This document shows positions 11,750-23,961 of a stretch of 64,000 nt of DNA, in pieces (position 1 is the stretch's first letter; each line of letters opens with the position of its first letter). This stretch comes from Camelus dromedarius (Eukaryota), in NCBI RefSeq assembly GCF_036321535.1, contig NC_087436.1, forward strand, positions 117,802,001-117,866,000, written 5' to 3'. A program made the translations under genes and the position numbers. A model generated the notes under the pieces. The model saw nothing but the letters and a program-made list of their open reading frames with translations, did no database searches and was not told where the DNA came from.

Positions 11750-13056
11750 CCGTATACGATAGACTAACAGGCAAGCAGTTCCTAGGGATACAACTGGCAA
11801 AAGATGTTCAAGACCTGTACGTTAGAAAAAAACCCCACAAAACATCAGTAAGAGAAATTAAAGAGGACATAAATAAAGGAAGACATAAATAGACTGTGTC
11901 CTGCCCTGGCAGGCTCAATACTGTTAAGATGTCAGTTGTCTCCAGACTGATCTACAGATTCAGTGCACTCCTAAGCAAAACCCCAGGAGGCTTTTTAAGT
12001 AGAAATGGACAAGCTGATTCTAAAATGTATGTGGGATTGCAAAGGAGCTAGACCAGCCCAAATAATTTTAAAAAGAAACAGAGTTGGAAGATCCACACTG
12101 CTTGATTTCAAGAATAATTATAAATTTACAGAACAACAGCATATGCAGTTGACATAAAAATAGACAAATAGATTTTTTTTAAAACCCACAATAGAGTCAA
12201 GAGTCCAGACGTAGACCCACTCATATATCCACATGTATAGTCAACTGAATTTCAACAAAGCAGTAAGAGCAATAAAATTTCTACAAATAATGGATTAAAT
12301 TTATCTCCAGATGCAAAAAAAATGAGCCTCAGCCCATACCCTGAAACACATAGAAAATTTAACTCAAAATGGATCATAGGCTTAAATGTAAAACCTAAAA
12401 CTCCAAAACTTCTAGAAGAAAACATCATGGAAGATCTTTGTCAACTTAGGCAAAGGTTCTTAGGTACAACACCAAAAGTACCATACATTAAGAACAAATT
12501 GATGAATTGTACTTCATTCAAATGAATGACTTCTGTTTTTCAAAAGATGCTGTTAAAATGGTTAAAAAGACAAGCCACAAACTGAAAGAAAATATTTGTA
12601 AATCACATATTGATAAGGATCTTGTCTAGAATATATAAAGAACTCTCCAAACCAATAATAAGAAAACAACTTTAAAAATTGGGCAAATTATTTGGACAGA
12701 CACGTCACCAAAGGAAACAGTCATATGGAAAACAAGTGTATTAAAAGATGGTCCCAATTATTAATTATTAAAGAAATGCACATTTAAACCATAATGAGAT
12801 ATTACTACATACCTACTAGAATGGCTAAAATTAAAAAGACACAATACCAAGTGCTGGTGAGGATGTAAAGCCACTCTGCTGATAGGAGTGTGAAAGGGTG
12901 ACGTTCTGGAAAGCAGTTTGCTAATTTCTTGAAAATTTAAACATATAGCTACCATATTACTTATTCATTCTACTTCTGGGTATTTACCCAAGAGAGATAA
13001 AGGCATTATGTCCATACAAATACTTGTATGCAAATGTTCACAGCAGCTTTATTTGT

Positions 13057-13206
13057 GCATTAAGTCTTTTGGGGGGGGGGAGTAAGGTAATTAGGTTTAT
13101 TTATTTATTCATTCATTCATTAATTTTAATGGAGGTACTGGGGATTGAACCCAGGACATCATGCATGCTAAGCAGGCACTCTACCATTGAGCTATCCCCT
13201 TTCCCC
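13057..13206 (-). mobile_element. tRNA-derived SINE (camelid vic-1-like)
   Basis: Antisense GGAGGTACTGGGGATTGAACCCAGG...CTACCATTGAGCTATCCCC; 18-bp TSD CACAGCAG(C/A)TTTATTTGT at 13039-13056 and 13207-13224. Confidence 0.9.
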
Positions 13207-14485
13207 CACAGCAGATTTATTTGTAATAGCCATACACTAAAACAACCTAAATGTCCATCAACAGGTGAAAGCATTAAAAAAAATGGTGGTCTATTCATAT
13301 GGTGGAATATAGTCAGCCATAAGAAGAAATGAGCTATTGGTATATGCAACAACATGAGTGAACTCAAAAGCATTGTACTGAATGAAATTTCAGACTGAAG
13401 GCAGTACATATGTATGATTCCATTGATATAAAATCCAAGAAAAACATACTACTCTATAGTGACAAAAAGCAGATCAGAGATTGAATTAGGGGTGGAGAGG
13501 ACAGGACGGGCACAAGGAAACTTTGAAGATCTTGAATCATTTTGATTGTGGGGAGAATTTCACGGATGTAGGACTCTTATCACAATTAATAAAGTTGTAC
13601 ACTTGAAATACACACAATTTATTGCATGTCAGTTATACCACGATAAAGATATAAGGACAAAATTAGAACAGCACTAAACGCAGTAAATGGCAATTATCAC
13701 TAATACTATTCTTGAGGTGAGATCTGAAGCCCAGATGGAAAGTGACATCATTCTGCGTCTGTACTGTCTATTCACTTATCTAACCATTTATTCACTTCTT
13801 TTCCTTCTGCAGGTATTTGTTGTGCACATATTGTGTCCCAGACCCTGGCCCAGGGGACCGGAATGCAAGGATGGCTAACACACCATCCTCTGTTCCTCCA
13901 GAGCTCACAGTGGCTGCAAGTTAATGATCCTAAACAATAGGTGACCTCAGCGTTTCTGTGCCTCAGATTGGGCTGATTGGAGACTTCTGGAGGCCCATTT
14001 CTTTCAGGTCCATTCCTAACCCACCCCCTGCCCTGCTCTGTATCTCCAGGGGCTGATCCCCACAGGCTGCAACTCCCAGGCAGCTGGGTTCTGGCTGGGT
14101 TCAACAAATGGAAGGCTCTGGAAGGAAGCCTGGGGACAGACCAGGGAGGGGAAGAGGAGCAGGATATCCTCCCTTCCCTCTGCCTCCCAGGGTCTCTGGA
14201 AGCAGCCTTGCCTCCTGCAGGACTCAGCTTCCACACCGTGATCAGCTCCAGCCCACTGTGGCCCTGGCTCTCCAGGGTCTCCCTGGCTCCCTGCTCCATA
14301 GCACCCCCACTTTGTCCCCCATCCTTGGGGTGCCTGCAGCTTCTGCTATTTCTAATTTCTGTGCTACCTCACACATTTGCTCCCTTGTCAGTCTGAAATT
14401 GACTTCAACTTTCCTGGTTAAACCTTGATGGACACAAATGATTTCTAAGGCTTCTTCCAGATTAAAAAGAAAAAAAAAAATCCAA

Positions 14486-14776
14486 CAGAAAGAGACTTAC
14501 AGACATAGAAAACAAACTTATGGTTATCAGAGCAGAAAGGGTGTGGAAAGGGATAAGTTGGGAGTTTGGGATTTGCAGATACTAACTACTATATATAAAA
14601 TAAATAAACAAGTTTCTACCGTACAGCACAGGGAACTATGCTCAATATCTTGTAATAACCTATAATGAAAAAGAATATGAAAAGGAATATGTGTATGTAT
14701 GACTGAAACATTGTGCTGTGCACCAGAAATTTACACAACATTGCAAACTGACTCTATTTCAATTAAAAAAAAAAAG
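14486..14776 (+). mobile_element. Young, heavily 5'-truncated L1 3' end
   Basis: ACAGACATAGAAAACAAACTTATGGTTA...ACAGCACAGGGAACTAT...poly(A); TSD AAAAAAATCCAA on both sides. Confidence 0.9.
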
Positions 14777-15799
14777 GAAAAAAATCCAAGAGTTTAATAG
14801 TGGAATTGAAGGCCTGGTGAGTGGTAGTGAGGAAGATAGTTAGGTGTTGGGAGAACTTCTGGAGGCTTCTCCAGGCTTATCAAACAGATAGCTGCGTTCC
14901 TCCATGGCAGGACCCAGAGGATCATGCAGATGGAGACTGAATCCAGCCCCCAGTCCCAAGTTTAGGGGGATATTTGGCCGGGGGCTCAGATGCATTCCCA
15001 TTTAGGGTCTGACACAGATCAAAGTGAAGTGGCCACACCAGGCTTTGTCATCTTGATTGAAGTGATCCGAGGTGCTTTGGAATGACACACTTGGTCTGAC
15101 CAGACTCTGCCATCAGCACCAGCTGGGAATTTCAAGGGGAACAGCTGCTGTGTCTCTGTGCATGCCTGTGTCTGTGAGCACGTGCATGTATCCTCAGATC
15201 TAGGGTAACATTGTGTCTGTTTAACTCTTCTGCATCTGGGGTGCCAAGATCTGAATGTGCAAGGAATGTTTTGCTTTTTTGCGGCTGAAGGAAAGCTGTT
15301 ATTAATTCAATGATGCCTCTTGTCATTGGGGGTGTCTTAGTGTTGAGGAAATACAGGCTCCCCTCACCAGTCAATGTCTTCCCAGGAGGCTCTCTTTTTT
15401 TAATACCCAAATTTTATAGACTAACTGTGTCTCATAGTATTTTATTTTTTGTCAGTGTTTACATAAGAAAAAATTATATTTACATTCAAGTAACTCAACA
15501 TAACATTTTTCCTAAATAAAATGATGAGTGGGAAAAGTCTCTAGTTACATTCCAAATAAAATCCACAGGATCTCAGAATCACATGTATATTGTCAACAAA
15601 AAGAGTGTATTTCAGATACTGTTGATCCCAGAGGGCTTCCAGATTCTTCTCAGTATGAGCTGTTCTCTGCTGTTGTGTGCTTGTCAACCATGCTGCCCTT
15701 GTTTTTGCCTAGTGTTGAACAATATGTCCCTCAAAAGTTGAGCATGGTGGCAAGAAAAGTGATCGCAGTGGAAGAAAAGATGCTACCACACAGGAAGTA

Positions 15800-15925
15800 T
15801 ATCAGCCAGCTGTTGCTGTGTAACAAATTGCCCCCCTGAAACTTAGTGACTTCAAATAGCCATGATGCATCTGCAGGGTGACTGGAGGTTGGCTGAGCTA
15901 GGCTGGGCTCAGCCGGATGTTCTAG
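15800..15925 (-). mobile_element. MLT1 fragment
   Basis: GTTGCTGTGTAACAAATTGCCCCCTGAAACTTAGTGACTT...GGCTGAGCTAGGCTGGGCTCAGC. Confidence 0.6.
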
Positions 15926-15949
15926 GATACAGTTAGCATTTACTGTGAT

Positions 15950-16240
15950 GTGGAAGAAGATAGAAACAACAGGTTTGGGACAATGGGGACCCTCTGTGTT
16001 TGGGTTAAGGTCATGTTAAATTTGAGGAAGCTATTAGACATCCAAATAAGTGTGTCAGATAGGAAGTTGGACACTTGAGCCTGGGCCTCACAGGAGAGGA
16101 AAAGCCTGGAAATATCAGTCTGGGAGCATCTGCTGATGTTTAAACCATAAGATGGGATGAAGTCAGTAAAGGAGTGAATGTGGACCAGAAGATACCAGTT
16201 CTGAGAGGATGGGGTGCCATGCTGGGTGTGTGACTTCACC
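15950..16240 (-). mobile_element. L2 fragment
   Basis: CATGTTAAATTTGAGG...TAGACATCCAAAT...GGAAGTTGGACA...TTTAAACCATAAGATGGGATGA. Confidence 0.7.
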
Positions 16241-16304
16241 AAGGAGCACCTGCTCCGGAGAGATCAGAGATGATGAGAAGTCATGGAACCCCTGCTCCTC
16301 AACT

Positions 16305-16690
16305 GCTCTAAAGTGGTGGCCCAAGGCATGTAAATTAGCCCAGGTGTGTGTTTTGTCAGACAACACAGTGTTTTTCCAAAAAGTCTGAATAAATTGCCAA
16401 TATGGAAAAATTGAAGAATTCCAAGAAAACGTCTAGAAAACGTGAACAGTTTCACCAGAAAGTTTAGATTTTCCATTTCTCTTGACAAATTAGAAGACCT
16501 GGGTCCCTGGGGCCTGCACTCTGCCTAGCAACTCTGAGACAGAGCTGAGAATGGTTGCCCTGGAGACAGGCCCGGGCTCTCCACTTCACCACAGTCCCCA
16601 CCACTCCCTACTGCCTCACACGGACTACACTTTGCTCGCTTCTGTTTTTTGCCAAATCTTTTGGGCCCTTGAGCCTATAACTCCCCAGCT
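16305..16690. mobile_element. MER102-like hAT element
   Basis: AGATTTTCCATTTCTCTTGACAAATTAGAAGACCTGG...GAGCTGAGAATGGTTGCCC resembles MER102. Confidence 0.55.
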
Positions 16691-17649
16691 GGGTCTCTGG
16701 AAGTTCTCCACATACTCATATCTCATGGCCCCAGGATTACTGTCCTCAGAGAAGACTTGGGGCTTCCTGAACCTGCTCTATTCATGCCCCTGGAATCTGA
16801 TGGGCGGTCACAGCCCCGGATAACCCCCAACTTACCTTCGATGGTTTGGAGCATGGCTTTGTCACCGAGGACCTGGAGTGCAGGCCTGTGTAAAACGTTT
16901 TATGTGAGGAGTGGGGAGTTTTTCTTCTTGGCTGTAAATGGGTTATATCAGGGCCAAGTCCAGAGTTCACATTATGGACTACACTCGCCCAGAGGCCTTT
17001 AGGAAATGAAGAGGGGGCAAAATGAAGAGGAAGGAGGAGGGCACTCCCCTGCAGTCCCAGGCTCCCGGCAGGCCTTCCCCTGGGCCACAGGCCTGCTCTG
17101 GGTACACTGGGTCTTGAATGACCACAGCAGGGAAACGGCAAAGCAAATGTTTTTCCCAAGCGCTGTCCTCGAGGCCCAGAGGAATTGTAAACGGCTCTGA
17201 GCTGGTGGACTTGGCATCATTTGCTGCACAAAATATAAAACAGATTTCAGCAGCTGCAGCTACAGAGCCCAGGCCCGGAACGTTGGCGGGGGCACAAGCT
17301 GTCATTGAGCGTGTGTCAGACAAACGAGGAGCACCCACAGGAGACTGGACCACGGGGTCACAGCACTGCAGTCGTGGGCAAGTCACCCTGCTTTTCTGCA
17401 CCTCAACTTTCTCATCTCTGAAGTGGGAGAGTAGTTGCAGTTGATAATAGAGACTTCCGATGGACTCGAGGAAGCTTTACTGAGAGGATTCCCACCTGCT
17501 GGGCTGCACTTTGTAGGCCTATAAGACCTGTGCCCACCCAGCGTCAGGACAGAAGAAAGCGCCCGGCGTTGGGGACAGAGACATCAATGGTTTAACAGAT
17601 GGGGGACCTTACACATCTGAAGCAAAGTCCAGGAGTGACACCCCACTGG

Positions 17650-17878
17650 GTGCAGCAGACAGAGGCAGAGATTGGAGTGATGGGGTCAGCACCCAAGGAA
17701 TATCTGGAAACACCAGAAGCTGGAAGAGGCAGGGGTCTTTCCCTGGAAACATTGGAGGAAAGTATGGCCCTGCTGACCCCTCGATTTCTCAGCCTCCAGA
17801 ACTGAAAGAATAAAGACTGATTGATCTCAGTTCTGTTAAACCAGCCGGTGTGGTTACAGCAGCCCTAGGGAGTTAACA
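17650..17878 (+). mobile_element. MLT1C/D LTR 3' half
   Basis: GAGGCAGAGATTGGAGTGATG...CACCAGAAGCTGGAAGAGGCA...GGCCCTGCTGAC...CCTCCAGAACTG..GAATAAA...GTTACAGCAGCCCTAGG. Confidence 0.85.
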
Positions 17879-18079
17879 GAGATGCAGCGATGCGGATGAA
17901 GGGAGAGTACAAATCAGAGATGCAGCGGGGGTGGAGCTGGGGGAAGCAGCAATACATGGCTTATAATTTACCGGGTATTTGCAACCTAAAAACAAACAAA
18001 CTTGGCAGGGAAGGAGGAAGGAATTAATGATTTTTTGAGTGTCTCTGAAGCAATCAGGCATTTTACTAGATGTGAATTT

Positions 18080-18350
18080 AACCGTGTTACCCATGAGGAT
18101 ATCAGGGCTCAGAAAAGTCAAGCAACTGGCACTGGGTCACACAGCTTGGAGAAGGGAGATCAGGTTTCCAACTCTGCCCTGGCAATTCCAGGGCCCTTGG
18201 ACCTTCTCCTGCACCTCACTCCCTTTCTGCTCTGCTAAAGTGCGGCTTCACAAAGACCAGGCCAGACTTGAGTCCCCGGTGCTAGCTGAGTGCCTGGCAC
18301 AGAAGGCTGGCTCTAAGTGTTGGCCAGTGAATGAATGAATGAATGAGTGA
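18080..18350. mobile_element. MIR (-) followed by L2 3' end (+)
   Basis: ATGAGGATATCAGGGCTCAGAAAAGTCAAGCAACTGG; GAGTGCCTGGCACAGAAGG...TGAATGAATGAATGA. Confidence 0.6.
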
Positions 18351-19666
18351 TCGAATGCCTTGAGTTCTTAATAGCACAGATGTTCTAGGTCTCAGAATTC
18401 CATTCTGAATTTGATTCAGACTTCAGCTTCATGGTTATGCCCCCAGGAGACAGCAAAGGGATTCGTCCTGAATGGAACTGAGCCCCCAGAGTGGCAGGTG
18501 CTTTGGGGGCAGCTGCTCAGATACCTCTTCTGGGGAATGAACCAGGGGGAGTGGACTTGGCTGCAGCCTCAGGGGCCTCACTTTGGGATCCCCTGCGGTG
18601 TCTACCTCACGGCCACGGCCCCTCCTTCCAGCCAATGACTGCGCCCAGAGCAGGGGGTGGGGGACCAAGCGCCGGCCATTCCCCCCCAAGGCTTCAGATA
18701 CAGAGTTCTGGGAAATAACATGACATCGGTGGCGTTTCATTAGTCCACAGTGACATTCACTTATAGAGCCATGCAGTGAGGACAGTGGAGTTTTGAACAC
18801 AGGTGTTTAAAACAAAGAGTTTTGCCTGAGACTTGCTTTCTGTGCCTCTAAAGCTAGTTTATTTCTGAAGTCTATTTGGATTCAGTTTTGAAAGGAATCC
18901 TCACTCACAGACCTAAACAGTGGAAATGGTAACACATCTTGTCTCGTGGGCTCCTGTAGTTCTTTAGTCACGTAGAGGGGAAGGAGAGGTTTTTTCCCTC
19001 TCTTTTTAAATCCCAACAAAACCTAGTTAACCTGGGAGTCTCAATTATAACACGTTTGTGGTGCCCTCCCGAGTGTAAAAATCTGGTCTCCATCTATTTG
19101 AGTCTGGGTTTGTTTTTTATTTCTCTATAATAGTTAACAACTGTATTAAAACATGGACACATGAAACATGGATCTGACACATTCCTAAAAAAAGCAGTTT
19201 AACATCCCTGGGTGAGATTTTACTAGGGTCCTTCCCAGCTCTGACGAGCTCGTGCAAGTGGGGACAGTTATTTATGGCCACCACGACGCGGCACAACCAG
19301 ACTCTCACACTCAGTGCCTCGCACAAGGAAGCACCGCTTTCTCCCGTGCATGGGCGGGTGATCCTGGCGGGGATCAGCTGAGGGATTCTTCTCGGCTCAG
19401 TGGGGTCTCTTTCATTCCTGACAGCTGTTGGCAGGTTGGCTGATCTGGAGTGGCCCCTGATCTGGGACAGCTGGAGGGATGGGAGAATGGGGCTGCTCTG
19501 GTGTCTCCTCCAGACGCCAGCCCAGGCAGGTTCTTGCAGCCAAGGCAGAGGAGTGAGAGCAGCAGGGAAACACACCAGCATCTTCTCAAGTTTGTGCGTG
19601 GGTCATGATCCCTCACATCCTTTTGGCTAACACCTGTCCAGTGGATAAGCTAGGGGAAGAGAGACA

Positions 19667-20087
19667 CAGGCAGAGCCCCAAGACCACGTGGGGTCGGTTC
19701 CAGACCACCGTGATAAAGTGAATATCACAATGAAGTGAGTTGCTTGAATGTTTTGGTTTTCCAGTGCATGTAAAGTTATGTTTGCACTTCTCTGTTACCT
19801 GTGCAATAGCATTATGTCTAAAAAGACAATGTACGTACCTTCATTTAAAAATACTTTATTGCTAAAAAATGCTAACCTTCATCTGAGCCTTCAGTGAGTT
19901 GTGATCTTTTGGCTGGTGGGGAGTTTGAAATATTGCGAGAATGACCAAAATGTGACACAGGGACATGAAGTGAGCAAACGCTGTTGGAAGAATGGCGCCG
20001 ATAGACTTGCTCGGCGCAGGGTGGCTACCAACCTTCAGTTTGTAAAAACTCAGTATCTGTGCAGCGCAGTAAAACAAGGAGTGCCTG
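19667..20087 (-). mobile_element. Internally deleted Tigger1 derivative (TcMar)
   Basis: Termini CAGGCA...TGCCTG followed by TA. Both Tigger1 ends present (GGTTCCAGACCACCGTGATAAAGTGAATATC; GCGCAGTAAAACAAGG) with only ~420 bp in total. Confidence 0.85.
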
Positions 20088-21059
20088 TAAGACTTGGTTT
20101 CTTCAGTGAAAGGGACTGCAAAGTCAAGTGGCAAAGGAGACGAAGGGGTGGAAATCACGCCATTGGGGCAACCCTCTACCACGTGCCCCTTCCTGAGTCC
20201 TGCCTTGTCTCATCAGAGTTGGGAAGTCCCACCAACCCTACAGGGTGTCAGGGGATCGCATGACCAGGGGCTAGGGTTTTGACATCTCGAAAGAAGCAGG
20301 CTCCACCTCCTCTCTCTGTGGCTCCTGCTCTCTAAGGATGCCCGTCAGGGGACAGGGTGAGCTCATCATGCACTCCCGGTCTCCAGAAGGAACCCCAGGG
20401 CCATCCCACCCAAGGGCCAGCTTCCCAGCCTGTGAGTCAGTGGCTAAGATGGCTTCAGGTGGAAGCACTTGTCCTCCAGTCCAGTTTCTCGGGGGATCCT
20501 GCAGGACCTCGGGTCATCAAGGGCACACCTCCAGTGGGAACGGACCCAGTTCTGTGCAGGCAGCAGGTGGCTGACAGGCCTTCTCAGACTTGCCCTAATT
20601 TCATGACTGTCAGTGAGGAGGAAGCACCTGGGCACGTCCAGAACGGGTTTCTCAGATGCCCTCAAATTGGTCAGTGGGGAGAACACCCACTTCTCTGCGT
20701 CCTGCTCCCCTGCTCCCTGTGATGACGGCTTTGTGGTCAGGAGTCCTGGCTGAGCCCCGGACAAGCCACCTTAGAGGACCACACCATGCTCCCTCCAGTC
20801 TCTTGTGCTGCCGGGGCCCGGGAAGGGCAGGGCCATGGGGAACACTGGGATGGAGCCATTTTTGGTCTCAGACAGCTGACCGAGTCCCCAGGTCAGGGCG
20901 TGGAAGGGCTGCGTGGAGAGCCACCAGGCCTGTGGCAGACTGTATCTTTAAGACTGGGGATTAGTTTGTCACTGCGGCGGATCCAGCGGGGACTGAGGCA
21001 GAGGGAGAGTAACTGGCAGGGCCCATTGTTGTGGGGCCGGAATGGGGAGTTCCAGCGGG

Positions 21060-21270
21060 CTCTGGAGCACGTCTGTCTTGTTTGAATCTCAGCTCTGCCA
21101 ATCTTGAGCAAGGAAGATTCTCCACCTGTAAGTAGGGGTGATAATAGGGTAGGAGGCAGTGCGGATTTAATGAGGTCCTAGGTGGGAAGCAGCGAGTCCA
21201 GGTGAGCCGCTCACACATGTTCGTTCTATCATGTGTGTGGTGTCCGGCCCAGTGCCTGACATGTGGGAAG
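21060..21270 (+). mobile_element. MIR SINE
   Basis: TCTGGAGCAC...TTTGAATCTCAGCTCTGCCA...CACCTGTAAGTAGGGGTGATAATAG...GGATTTAATGAG. Confidence 0.65.
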
Positions 21271-21478
21271 GCTGCACACCTGTTAATTCCCGGCCCCAAG
21301 TCCAACACCCTACTTCTCCCGCCTTCCCTGGCCCTACTTAACCTCATCCTGTGCTGAGTCAGAGATCACAATAAATACAGCCAGCCCAAGGGGGTGCTCC
21401 GTGCTGAGTCCCCAGCACTGGGCTCAGAGCGGCTAGACCTCGCTGTGAGTGGGCCCTGGGCTTGGAGAGGTGGACCTG

Positions 21479-21603
21479 CCTGGGTTCACGTCCAGGCAGC
21501 ACCGACTTGCTGTGTGATCCAGGGCAAGTCACATAACCTCTCTGTGCCTCAGCTGTCTACAGAATGAAGACCTGGGTGGGGATGATACTCTGCAGGTGCT
21601 CCA
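21479..21603 (+). repeat. MIR-derived segment, copy 1 of a local duplication
   Basis: Roughly 80-85% identical by eye to 22831-22958, including positions that depart from the MIR consensus. Confidence 0.75.
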
Positions 21604-21705
21604 TGTGGCTTTGTTCCTCTATGACCAACAGCAGGTCTGTGAAGGTGCCTGCTGGCTTCATTGCCTGCATGTAGCTCATGGAGGGTGGTCCAAAGTCATG
21701 CCCGA

Positions 21706-21811
21706 GAATATGAAAAGGAATATATGTATGTTCATGTATGACTGAAACACATGCTGTACACCAGAAACTGACACTACGTTGTAAACTGAGTATACTTTAA
21801 TAAATAAAAAA
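21706..21811 (+). mobile_element. Very short young L1 3' end
   Basis: GAATATGAAAAGGAATATATGTATG...GCTGTACACCAGAAA...TGTAAACTGAGTATACTTTAATAAA; degenerate TSD CAAAGTCATGCCCGA / CAAACTTGTGCCTGA. Confidence 0.85.
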
Positions 21812-22039
21812 CAAACTTGTGCCTGACACACTGCAGGCAAGACTGGATTCAGTCTCTGGGGTGGGGGGGTCTGCAGCTGCCCTCATGGCCCTGGTGGGGA
21901 AGTGGGAGGAGCCTTAATTTCTGGGGCTTAGCTCCCAGCACCTGCGTCTTCACCAACTTTTTAAGGGCCAGTATTGAGCCATCCCAGTATCCTGCTTCAT
22001 CCATGAGCATTCCAACCCCCTTTGCTAGTGTCGTTACAA

Positions 22040-22300
22040 ATTCATCACAAAGATAAATATTTAATGACTGCATAGCATTCCATTAGCTAGATGACCTTAC
22101 GTCTATTTAGCTGGCCCTCTGCGTTCAGACAATCATGTTCCCTCCCACCTGCCGGTGTACATAACACCAGGACAGGTACTTTTATCCCTAATATTTATAC
22201 AAATATCTAAATATTTCTGTAAGATCTATTCCCCGAAGTACAATTCCTGAATCAAAATTATTGGAGACTCTGTACAGATGAGCAAATTACTTTCTAGAAA
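22040..22300 (-). mobile_element. Old L1ME-like fragment
   Basis: TTTAATGACTGCATAGCATTCCATT...AGATCTATTCCCCGAAGTACAATTCCTGAATCAAA. Confidence 0.55.
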
Positions 22301-22626
22301 TGAACTTTTATTTTAGGGAAGCAAAAGTGAGGCCCAGAGAGGGGCAGGGGCTTGCCTGTGGTCATGAAGCAGGTAGGAGCAGAGTGGACAAGAACCCTGT
22401 AGGGCTGACCCTCTGGTCAGTTCTCATCTGCCGTTGGCCACCGGTGTGGATCAAGAGCCTCAGATTTTTCTGGTCCCGGGTTCTGACAGCACCTGGGGTG
22501 GGGCACGGTGTGGCCAGGGCAGAATGGAGGGAGAGAGCAGGGCCTCACGCTGTGGACATTACAGACTCCCAGGGAGCCATCTCAGCCATTTGCTGTCAGC
22601 ATCTCCTCTGGCTTCAGAACCTGAGA

Positions 22627-22683
22627 TGTGTGTGTGTGTGTATGTTTGTGTGTGTGCGTGTGCGTGTGTGTGTGTGTGTGTGT
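22627..22683 (+). repeat. (TG)n microsatellite, imperfect
   Basis: TGTGTG...TATGTTTGTG...CGTGTGCGTGTG. Confidence 0.95.
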
Positions 22684-22830
22684 AGATCAGTTCATTCATT
22701 GCAAAGAGGAGCAAATACGCATGTTTAGACAAAAGGTCATCCTGGTGTCATCTGTAACTGAGAAGGATTGGAAATCATGTCCACGTGTTGCGCTGGTCTT
22801 GGATGTGGGGCCTGAACCCCTGCTGCCCAA

Positions 22831-22958
22831 CCTGGGTTCATGTCCACGTAGCACTGACTTGCTTTGTGACCTTGGGCAAGTCACATAACCTCTCTGTGCC
22901 TCAGTTGTCTGTAGCATGAGGACCCGGGCATGGATGATACCTCTCTTCAGGTGCTCCA
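22831..22958 (+). repeat. MIR-derived segment, copy 2 of a local duplication
   Basis: Matches 21479-21603 through GGATGATAC...CAGGTGCTCCA. Confidence 0.75.
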
Positions 22959-23961
22959 CGGTGTCTGGCTGTGCCCATCTCTGGCTTCGCCATATTGTGC
23001 CCCTCAAAGCTGACCTGGAACTCTGGGCCTCCCCTGTCCTAGGCTCCAGAGGCCCGGAGCCAAGGGGACACATGCCCACAGCAGCCTGAGCATGTCCTGG
23101 CTCAGACTGCCTCCATCTTTCCGTGAAAACAGCCCAAAGACAAACAACCCAGCCTTAATTTATAGTCCTGTTAGTGTGACAGCACTGAGGAGCCATCCCT
23201 TTGTGAAGTGTCTGCACAAGGCCCCTGCAGCTGTCCCCACCAGGGTTGGAGTGATGTCCCACCAGGGTCAGCTGGAGAAGTGTCCCACCGGGGCCACCCC
23301 CAAGGCATTGTTCTGGGCACACAAACCAAACAGCCCCTCAACAGTTTGTGGGTTAGGGAGAGGTGGCAACAACCAAAGTCACTTGTCCAGAAAAAAAAAC
23401 AGGACCCGATCGATTCCCAAAGGCAGTATTTTATTTGCACTGTTTCCTTCAAGTCTGAGGCCCAGGCAGGCAGAAGTAATATATTAACTCCATTGGTTTA
23501 ACTGGACAGCAGCATGAGCTTGTAATAAGGATGTGGTAATACGCCACGAGAATCTGTAGGCTCATAAAACTTGACCTTATAAATCTCCCTGTGTATCAAT
23601 TCCATACAGCAGCCACTCCCTGCGGTGGAAGTCCCAGACTTATAAAGTGGCCGTTGATAACAGAGCACTCTATCCCCGCCCCACCTCCCTTCTTTTAAAC
23701 TCCTCAGGACCGACTAATCGGGGCCCGTAAATAATTTCTTTTCCAGACGGGAATGCTACATCGAAACATGTCAGACCCAAACTGTTCTCTGGGATCAGGG
23801 AGTGGGACCCCGAGAGGTTAAACAAGCTTAGTAACAATTAGGATGAAATGTCCCGAGTAACTTCCGCTCCCCCCTGACCCCACCAGTGCTCAGCCTCTTT
23901 AGGGGGGTGTGTGGCGGGGGGCTGGGGTTGGGGGCGACTGTACAACCCTCTCACTCTGAAA

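Larger units (their letters stand above)
11350..13650 (+). mobile_element. 5'-truncated, decayed L1 (L1MB/MC-like): 3' half of ORF2 plus 3' UTR, interrupted by MER58A and a SINE
   Basis: Start resembles the reverse-transcriptase region 'LFADDMIVYLENP...LLELI.EF.KV.GYKIN' (ATCATCTATGCAGAAAATCC...GGTTACAAGATCAA). ORF 12322 (PY...NSKWIIGLNVKPKTPKLLEEN) is L1 ORF2. 3' UTR motifs AAACAACCTAAATGTCCATCAACAGG. Many stops and frameshifts. Confidence 0.93.

Noticed and set aside
12322..12525. ORF with real protein similarity
   Set aside because: It is a fragment of decayed L1 ORF2, not a host gene
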